A stretch of 61,979 nt of DNA from IMG/VR virus record IMGVR_UViG_3300021062_000015, positions 1-61,979 of that record; one strand, 5' to 3'. The notes under the pieces were generated by a model. The model was given only the letters and a program-made list of their open reading frames with translations. It had not been told where the DNA came from and did not search any database. Each line of letters opens with the position of its first letter. The stretch's first letter is position 1. Made by a program: the position numbers and the translations under genes. The stretch is from a virus (Duplodnaviria; Caudoviricetes). Shown in pieces: positions 1 to 8,100 of the stretch.

Positions 1-145
1 GGGCTCCAATAGGTCGATCCCCCACTTCGCTGGGGACAGAGATCGGTTTATCGTCGATCGTCATTTCAAGATGGTCGAGAGAGACGCCATTACGTTTAAT
101 GATTTCTTCGGCTAGTTCGATGTCAGGTTCGTTTTGGGGTAACAT
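1..145 (-). CDS. 5' part of an ~88-aa hypothetical protein crossing the circular junction (continues to stop at 61727)
   Basis: ATG at 145 gives MLPQNEPDIELAEEIIKRNGVSLDHLEMTIDDKP..., joining the 61727..61912 ORF; upstream AAAGGAA and TTGTCA-16-TACGTT. Confidence 0.7.
   Translation of the reverse strand, partial: MLPQNEPDIELAEEIIKRNGVSLDHLEMTIDDKPISVPSEVGDRPIGA
6..131. repeat. Terminal direct repeat (left copy), circular-assembly overlap
   Basis: 6-131 is identical to 61854-61979 (126 bp); bases 1-5 also match with a 1-nt indel. Confidence 0.95.
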
Positions 146-248
146 AAGGGTTCCTTTTCCCGAACGTAATATTCTGTCCGAGCCTGACAAGCTTTATTTT
201 CCTATCAAAACCCACTGATCCTATCCTGACTTCCAAAACTATGACTCA

Positions 249-479
249 ATGAAATATTCCGATATCATCCAATCTTCACCTCTACCCAAACTTCTCGTCC
301 GGCCAGAGCAAGTCATTGAAATGGTAGAAAGCCCTCAACTCTTCAAAGACATGGAGAGTGCAGGCTGGATCAAGCCAGTCGTCGATCACCATCGCCAGAA
401 ACTTTACAGAGTAGAGCACATCCGCGCCGCCATCGATCGATTAGAACTCAATGGCTATCCGAAAAAGAAAGCTGCATGA
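249..479 (+). CDS. Putative excisionase / small winged-helix DNA-binding protein
   Basis: 76 aa, basic, MerR/Xis-like pattern (GWIKPVV...KLYRVEHIRAAIDRL); near the end of the early operon, convergent on int. Confidence 0.6.
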   Translation: MKYSDIIQSSPLPKLLVRPEQVIEMVESPQLFKDMESAGWIKPVVDHHRQKLYRVEHIRAAIDRLELNGYPKKKAA

Positions 480-775
480 AGCAAGGAGGACTCAACCAAG
501 CTTTTCAAGCGTTCGTAGCCCATCTCGTGGATAAATCCTTCGAACAAATCTGCCAAGAGCGGACCGCATTCGCATGGCTCAATGCCTTAGATGAAGGAGC
601 CGAGTTCTTTGAAAGGGAAAGGGCCGTTTATCAGGAGTGCGACTTTTGCCACAAAAGCTACGGCCTCTTCTTCATCTGGTTTACCGAAGAAGGCAAAGCC
701 CGTTGCATCCACTGCGAAACCGTTCACATATTCACTCCGCCACCTAAATTTAGCTCCCCGCCTAACAGCATCTAA
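476..775 (+). CDS. Hypothetical protein with two CxxC motifs
   Basis: ATGA-coupled to the upstream gene; CDFC and CIHC. Confidence 0.55.
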   Translation: MKQGGLNQAFQAFVAHLVDKSFEQICQERTAFAWLNALDEGAEFFERERAVYQECDFCHKSYGLFFIWFTEEGKARCIHCETVHIFTPPPKFSSPPNSI

Positions 776-807
776 ATTTGGATACTCGCCACCCTGAATA
801 GTGGTGG

Positions 808-1878
808 TCACCCCAACGCCTCAATATCCTCATCGGCAGGTTCCAAATGTCCGTAGTTATTTTGCACAACCTCCACCTTGTCTCCCATCCATTGGGCGAC
901 CTTGTAGATGGACTTTCCAGCGGACACCAGGATCGAGGCGAAGCTTCGTCTCATCGTATGGGGAGTCACCCAGCCGAACCCTTGGGCTTTCATATAATCC
1001 ATAAACGGCCGTCGGAAATCATAGCGATAACGCCACCTTCGGTGCTTCAGGTCGGCATAAAGCGCAAAATCCAGCGGATCCAAGCCTTTCAGATAGTCCT
1101 TCAGAAAGCGTCGAAAAGAGCCCGTCAGAGGGATCGCTCTTTCCTCCCTGTCTTTAATCTTAAACTCCCGTTCCCCCTCACGAATGCGGTGCTTATCGGC
1201 TTTCCTCACATGCAGGATACCTTCCTCCAGATCGAACCAATCGCGCCTGGCTTCCACAATCTCTTCGCGCCGAAGCCCAGCGTCGAAGCCGCAGAATAGA
1301 ATAAAGCGCATCTCATCATTGGGAGCGTTCTCGATCAACTTCTTCTTATCCTTGCGTCTCACCCAAGGTTTTTTCGAGATACGGTTCGTTTTGGAAAGTT
1401 TTACCTTAGCTACAGGGTTTTCGATTCTCACTCGTTTGACTTCCACGGCCCAGCGGAAAAAAGAGCGTAGCGTCATCAAATACCCTTGGATCGTGTCTTC
1501 TGTGAGGAACTTAGGATCATCCTCAGAATACTTTTTCACCTTCTTCCGGAGGTAAGCGTAGTAAGCGGAAATCTGATCTCTCGAGACATTAGCTGTCGTT
1601 GATCGAGAGGGCAGCCAGGTGCAGAAAGCCAGGAGCGTCTTTTCCTTAGCGTTGCGAGAGTTGGGGGAGTAGCGGTTCTCGCGCACTTGGTAGGCCAGGA
1701 ACTCCTGCACATCATCCTTAATCGTCCGTTCCGACTGAACCAGGGGGTTAATCCTCACCTCCATCAACCGCTTCACGGCGACCGAAGCATCCCTAGTCTG
1801 CAAATTCACCCAAACTCGTTTCCCATCCTCCATTTTAGAAAAGTAGTACCCATTGCGGCGGAGGTAGAGATTCTTCAT
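808..1878 (-). CDS. int: Tyrosine integrase
   Basis: Catalytic motifs GLRREE (R), HTMRRSF (HxxR), NNYGH (Y); N-terminal arm-binding-like segment; adjacent to attP. Confidence 0.95.
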   Translation of the reverse strand: MKNLYLRRNGYYFSKMEDGKRVWVNLQTRDASVAVKRLMEVRINPLVQSERTIKDDVQEFLAYQVRENRYSPNSRNAKEKTLLAFCTWLPSRSTTANVSRDQISAYYAYLRKKVKKYSEDDPKFLTEDTIQGYLMTLRSFFRWAVEVKRVRIENPVAKVKLSKTNRISKKPWVRRKDKKKLIENAPNDEMRFILFCGFDAGLRREEIVEARRDWFDLEEGILHVRKADKHRIREGEREFKIKDREERAIPLTGSFRRFLKDYLKGLDPLDFALYADLKHRRWRYRYDFRRPFMDYMKAQGFGWVTPHTMRRSFASILVSAGKSIYKVAQWMGDKVEVVQNNYGHLEPADEDIEALG

Positions 1879-1886
1879 CTAAGGAA

Positions 1887-2043
1887 TTTGTGATAAACAG
1901 TATCACAAAAGCAAGTCCTTCCTTAGTTTACTATAGTCTATTATAGAGGAGGAAGGTGGTGCGCTGTACAGGACTCGAACCTGTGACCCCCACCATGTCA
2001 AGGTGGATTTCCCAGAGGGAGTATCACAAGAATCGTATCACAA
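1887..2043. repeat. Integrase arm-type binding sites of attP
   Basis: GTATCACAA at 1900, 2021 and 2035 plus inverted TTTGTGATA at 1887-1895, on both sides of the tRNA-derived core. Confidence 0.75.
1957..2006 (-). other. attP core: 3' half of tRNA-Val(GAC)
   Basis: Minus strand reads CCACC-TTGACAT-GGTGG anticodon arm, ACAGG-TTCGAGT-CCTGT T arm, ACAGCGC-A-CCA; no D arm or 5' acceptor strand. Confidence 0.9.
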
Positions 2044-2100
2044 ATTCAAAACCCCACCGCGCAGAACAACAAGTTATTCACAACCTATCAAAAGACAAGA

Positions 2101-5100
2101 TTACCACAAGCCAATTGCTGTGGCACTATCCTGATACGTCTTGTCCAGTTCTCGCAACTTCGGAAGCAGGCTCGGCACCCTTCGACTGATCCATTCCTCA
2201 AAGTCTCCTTGGGAGATTTCCTTTGCCATTCCTCCCACCTTGATAGGTTGGCGCCCTTTCACGCTGGATCGTAGCTGTCGGATTGCCTTTTGCTCGTCAC
2301 CAGAAGCTTCAATGAATTCAGCTTTGATGTTCATCGCTTCGTCTACGTCCCCAATCAATAAGGCTTCCTGCATGCGATCATAGTAGGGCGAATTTGGCGT
2401 TCGGGGATACTTCCCACCAACTGGAGGTAGATCCTCTCCCAATTCCTTCGCCCATCGATTGCCGGCACGTCGGATTTCAGCCACATCCTTTTTAGCCGCA
2501 TGGATCTTAGCCGCCTTCCATTCCCCAACCAATTGCTCGGAATAGGGCCCAGCGTTCTCTTTAAGGAGAGATGTCACGTAGTTGTAGTTCGGATACTCTC
2601 CCAGAACAAAGTCATTCAGATCCCTCATTGTCAGGCGTTCTTGCTGCCACCCACGCATGATCAAGTTGTTCCAGATATTGACGAAAGGCCCGATGCTTGG
2701 GGGATCAAGAGGACTCTTCGCTCTCCCTCGAGAGACTACACTCTCCATATTCGAAGCCCAGTCGCCGATGATTCCGAACCCTCCCGCATAGACAGCATCG
2801 TGAAATAGGCGTTGCAGTATCAGTGAGACTCCTCGAAGTTCGTTCTCGTTATAGGTATTCGAGATTTCTTCAAAAGAGGCATCCAGCCGGTTCTTCCCAA
2901 AAAGCCTTTCTCTCAGCCAGTAAAGGCTGAAGCCTGTTCCGGCCGTAAAGGCCAGCCACAGGAGCAATGGGCGATAGTCTCTGACCTTTTTGCCATCGAC
3001 TTCATACCCGACGATAGCAGGCTTTAGGATGTCCACTTCAACCCTTCGAAGCATCTGGATCCCGAACTTCTGGAACTGAAACAAAAACTTCGCTGCAGGG
3101 TTTTCCATCCACAGCGGGACCTGTCGCATGTCATAACCAAATTGAGTCACATTCGCAGCGGCCCGCATCAACTTCTTCCCCTCATTCCCCGAGAGCCCTT
3201 GTTTTTTAAGCTTCTCCAAGTCGATGCCATATTTCTTCAGCTTGGCTTGAAAGATTAACGATTCTTGGCTCTTGGGATTCGCCTCCACCTTCTTCATTCC
3301 CCACCTTGCCCAATTGAGTCCTGCCGCCGCCGCCGTCGATCGCGTGAACTTTTCCACCATGGAGAACCCACCGAGCTTAAGCGATACAGAAGCAATCTTT
3401 TGCTGTAATTCCGTGAAATCACTCATCTCCGCCATGCCAGCAAGCAAATCGGATCGGAGCACACCAGCCTCTTCAGCATCACGGATTTGCTTGCCGTATT
3501 GATGCAGCGAGGCCAATCCAGGCAAGGCGTTCGACAACCCGAACTCTGGAATAGTGTTTACGAAAATCGTTGAGGCATTTCGCATCGATGTCCAAATATT
3601 CCCCAGCTTCGACGCTGTCGTATAGGTTCGGAGCCATGCCATCGTATCGTAGAACCATCCTAACTTTCGCTTCTCGTAGATCGTGTCTCGGATATGAGCC
3701 ACATAAAGTTGAGTATTTCTGCTCAGATTCCCCTCAATCGCCTTCTGGAAAGCGTCCTTGTCATTCCCGATGGCCTGCCCAAAAGCTTTGATCTGAGAGA
3801 TACGTTTTGCCCAGGAAGCGATGAAATAGGGGACAACCTCCTCAAATCCTCTCTCATAGAACCAGTCTGGGAGCTTACCCAATCGGGCCATTTCCAAGTT
3901 CGCAAAGAACTTGTTCTCAACTTCAAGAGTGAGATTTTGCTGGATGAAGAGCTTTAATTTCTCAGCATCTTCAATCCCTGTCTCCTCTCGAAGGATCTCA
4001 ATGGCTTCCAGGTAAAGCTTCGGATTTGAATCTGGATCTTCCAAAGCCTCGCGTACATCTCTTCGTAAGATTCTCGGCCAATAAGCATCTCCAAAGTCTC
4101 CAATTGGGCGCCATCCACCTTTCGCTCTCGGATCGATCACATGGACGTTGAGTTGTTTATTTACCTTCCCCGTCCACACAAACATCTTCTTCACCGCGTC
4201 GACAAACTTCTTTCCGCCATCACTCATTTTGGCGTATAAGGCATCGGCTTCAGCTTGGATCTCTGGAGTCCTACCGCTTTCGCGGATCTTCATGTACTCC
4301 TCAAACTCTTTGGAAGCCACCTTCAGATCTGCTTTCTTGAGACTTCGAACGATGTCATTAAATGGCTTCGAGAGTCGCCCAACGAGATCGGCATTCAGAT
4401 CATAGTACTCATCAATCTTATCAGCCAGAGACGAAAGCCTTCCGCCTGCTTTCCGCAAAGTATCCGTCGTGGATTTGTAAATAAGCCCGCCATTCCGCAA
4501 TCGCTGCCACGCGCTGGGGATCATCTCTCCCCGAAGCTTCTTTCTTAATTCTTCAGCCGCCAGAGTCGCTTCTTTGCCGAGAAAGGCTCCGGCTTTCGCT
4601 TGTTTTTCCACTGCAGGAGTGGACTCCGTTTCCCTCGTGAAAAGTGTCTGTCCTTCTCCAAGCACACTCTCCTTCATGGCGGGAGTGATGTCGATCGAGT
4701 GAGCCTTAAACGTCCCCACCTCTTCCTCCTCACCATTCATAACATCTTCTTCTTGGACTGCTGCAATTTCCAGGCCTCCAACCTTCGCCCCCCACTTCTT
4801 CCCATACTTCGCCATGAACTGAGGAAGGATTTGATCATAAAATCCCTTCATGCCAACGCCCCCGATTTTTAATCCTTCGCCTTCGAAAACCTCAGTTCCA
4901 CCAGCGGGAATATTCTTAGATTTCTCAGCCAGATCTTTTCCGACATACTCACTTAGTTTTTCAATAGGAACTTCCTGGGCTACCTGGGTTTGTTCATTTG
5001 CATAAGCACGATTAGGGAGTAACGCTTTTACGTTGTATAATTCCTTGTCATCATTAATGACTTTCTGGATTAGCAACTTATCAACTTGCTTACTCAAATC

Positions 5101-8100
5101 ATACCTTGCCGCCTGCTGTTCTCCCGTAGTCCAGGCAACTTTGTCGTAGCTGGGAACGTATTTGATTGACTGGCTTTTACCACCATTTAAAATAGCGTCA
5201 TGCTTATTCAAATACTCTGCCAGCAATGCGGAGCTAGGTTCAGAACCTTTATGTGTCAAATCGACAAGAACGCTGGGAGATTTTGTTCTGTTAGATGTAG
5301 ACAGATTTCCCCCATCACCAGAGAGAAGATCGCCCGCTCTAAGAGGGGAGGTAAGCCACACAACTTCTCTCGGTTTAATATCCGATGTCTTCAATGTGGG
5401 AAGGAGTTCCTTATTTGTCCCTGCCACAAGGGACGCCGTAAGTGCTGTTCTAAGGCTTGTTCCAACCTTTTTAAGCGCATTCCTAATCCCAAGCGATATC
5501 GTCGTTCTACTATCGGCGGGGAGCGACTGGATGACCACGTTCGGATTGCTTACCAACTTCTTGGTAGAGATCGAGTTCGAGGCAAGAGCGTTCATCACAT
5601 TAACGGGCAAATTCATGACAACAGCATCTCGAACCTGCTCGTAATTCATGAGCGGAAGCATAGAGATCTCCACCGGAGACAGGACGCCGCCGGACGGATC
5701 TTCACTCCCAAAGAAATTCTGCACCATTTCCCGAACGCTCTCTGGCTTGGTGATGTTATTCCAATCGCTACTACCTGACTCCGCAGCCCAACGCAGCATT
5801 CGCTTCATCACGAGCTCATGCCAGGTTTTCTTGAATGGAGCGTCGGAAACCCGTCCTTCCTCTTTGAGAGCATATTTTAAATCTCGCAGTTCAATCAATT
5901 TGTCGGCCATCGAAGAATGTTCATCAGGCAACCCGTTCTTGCTCGGACTCGCTTCAATGGCAGCCTTTAACCATTTAGGCGCATCCTGCGTCTCTTTTTC
6001 TAAGAGTTCAATGCGTGACGGATCGACCTTGTATCCCTCCTTCTTCCCTTTCTGATGCCAATCACTCTGCACCTCTTCAACGAAGAGCACTTTCTTTCCA
6101 TCGGAGTCCGTCCGCTCATTGAATCGCACATGAGCAAGAACATTTGGCTCATCGAAGTGTGAAGATTGGAAATTCTCAGTTGTCGAAAAATGTCCACGCT
6201 TTGCCTGAATATAGGCGCGTGATGCAGCTCCGTGGTTTTCCCAATCTTCCCAAGCTTCCTCTTTACTGAGATTGTAATTCAGTTTGGCCCATTCAGGGAA
6301 ACTATCGAAATCCTCATGAGCGCGGACGGGCAACGTAAACAACAACTCTCGATAGTTCTGTCCTCCTGGAAGTTGGTATTGAGAGAATTTTGTTTCCCCA
6401 GCAACGCTGCCTATGAATGAAACATCACGTTCAGTTAAGCCCAATCCAACCCTCAAAGCTTTAAGACGAGAATCCGCTTCATGATGGCCGATTTGACCAC
6501 CACGGTCTCTCAAATTAAGAATCTTTTCCTCTTCTGCTTTATACTTTTCGATTGCAGATTTCTTTTCTGGAGAGAAAGTCGTGCCCTTCACCACCTCCTC
6601 CACCTTCACCTCGTTCTGCTGCAGAAAATCCAATACCTCTTGCTTTGTTACCTTCTCTTTCCCCTGCAGAAAATCTTGGAGTCCTACCCATTTGATCTCC
6701 TCAGTCTTCACTCCATTCTGAGGGTTCATCACGATTCCCATGATCTGGCCCGCTGAAGCTGCATTCGGCATCTTCTTCTCAATCACTCTTTGAAGTTGAG
6801 AGAAAAATGGAGGAGCGATTGCAGGTTCTGTTTCCCGTGTCCAAAACATCCCGTTCTCAGGAGACTCCAAAAACTTCTTCAATTCTCCTTCAGGATTGGA
6901 AAGGATCACATCAATGGGAACTGTATGCCCATCATAGGTCTTTCTAAAATTTCCTCCATGCGCGTCGACGGCCAAGACGTTGTCTTTAGGTCGATAAAAC
7001 TTATTGAGATCAACTTGCTGAAAACCGAACTTCTTAAGGAAATCGGAGATCTCCGATTTTGAAGGATCCGTCCCCAGAATCAAAGGTTGAGAAATGACGA
7101 TATGGACATCGCCATTCGAATCTTCGATTAGCCCCTCAAACCCTACATCTTGGTTAAAAACTTTATTAAAGAGATTCCAGCGGGCAATATATTCAAGAGG
7201 TGTCGCATCCTCTAAGACAATCTCTCCATTTTTCAGGAAAGGAGTTGCTCCATACATGGAGCCTTGGGTGACTTTAAAAACTAAGCCCGTTTTTTGGTCG
7301 AGGTAGACGTCATGCTCACGACCACTGTCAACAAGAGGGTTACGGCTGATCAGCTCGTCGTAACGGAACTCTTCTTGTAACCGGACCAGGTCTTGTAAGG
7401 CATTTCGCTCAATTTCCGCTGCCTCACCCCGGTCCCCGGCCTTGAGATATACTTGGCGTACTCCTCGAACTCCTCGGAGGTGAACTTCGGCGGATTTAAG
7501 GAGATCCTTTTTAGATCTTCGAGTGTCGTCGTTACGGCGGCTTTCATTGGACTCTCCTAAGTTACCATCGGTTGTGTCTCTTGTAAAGAGCTCGCCCTGA
7601 CTTCCAGGGTCTTTAAATAGGTCTCGGGTATTGTCCCCACCTTTCTTTCCACTCTCTTTGGATTTTTCAAATTCCTGCTGAGCCTGAAGCTTTCGCAAGG
7701 ATTCCATGGATGGCTTGGGAACTTCGAAAAGAGGTTTTCCTTCCGTCTCACGCGTCTGGAGAGCAGGCACTCCTTCTAGGGCCGATTCAATATCCTGAAC
7801 CGTTCGCTTTAGGATCTCTCCCATCACGCCTTGGTCAACTTGGCGAGCGATCTGTCGGAGTCTGAATAGAGATTCTCTTACCCAATCCACGATCTTATTG
7901 AGGATAGCCAGCCAGCGAGTATCTGTGGTGAGATTATCCGCTCGGAGTTGGACGAATTGGCGGGCAAGTTCTGCCGCCATCACGATCACATCTCTTGGCT
8001 TTTTATCCAGATGCTCGATTAGAGCTTCATATGTCGTAATGCTCGAGGGTTGAGACAAGTCTTTATTCCCTTGGTAGAGATTCCAGGAATCGACCATTGC

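Noticed and set aside
6-131. Biological terminal repeat of the packaged DNA
   Set aside because: Length is typical of an assembler k-mer overlap and it falls mid-gene
587-811. Minus ORF coupled to the int stop
   Set aside because: Antisense to the better-supported 476..775 gene; no recognisable features
1957-2030. Functional tRNA-Val gene, and the 1956..2189 ORF
   Set aside because: Only the anticodon arm to CCA is present, with no D arm or 5' acceptor; the ORF is the antisense reading of the tRNA fragment
5149-5772. Intein or group I intron in the giant gene
   Set aside because: No terminal HN-C/S/T or recognisable splicing blocks; the insert is almost entirely promoter plus antisense ORF, leaving little room for a ribozyme core (not excluded without RT-PCR)
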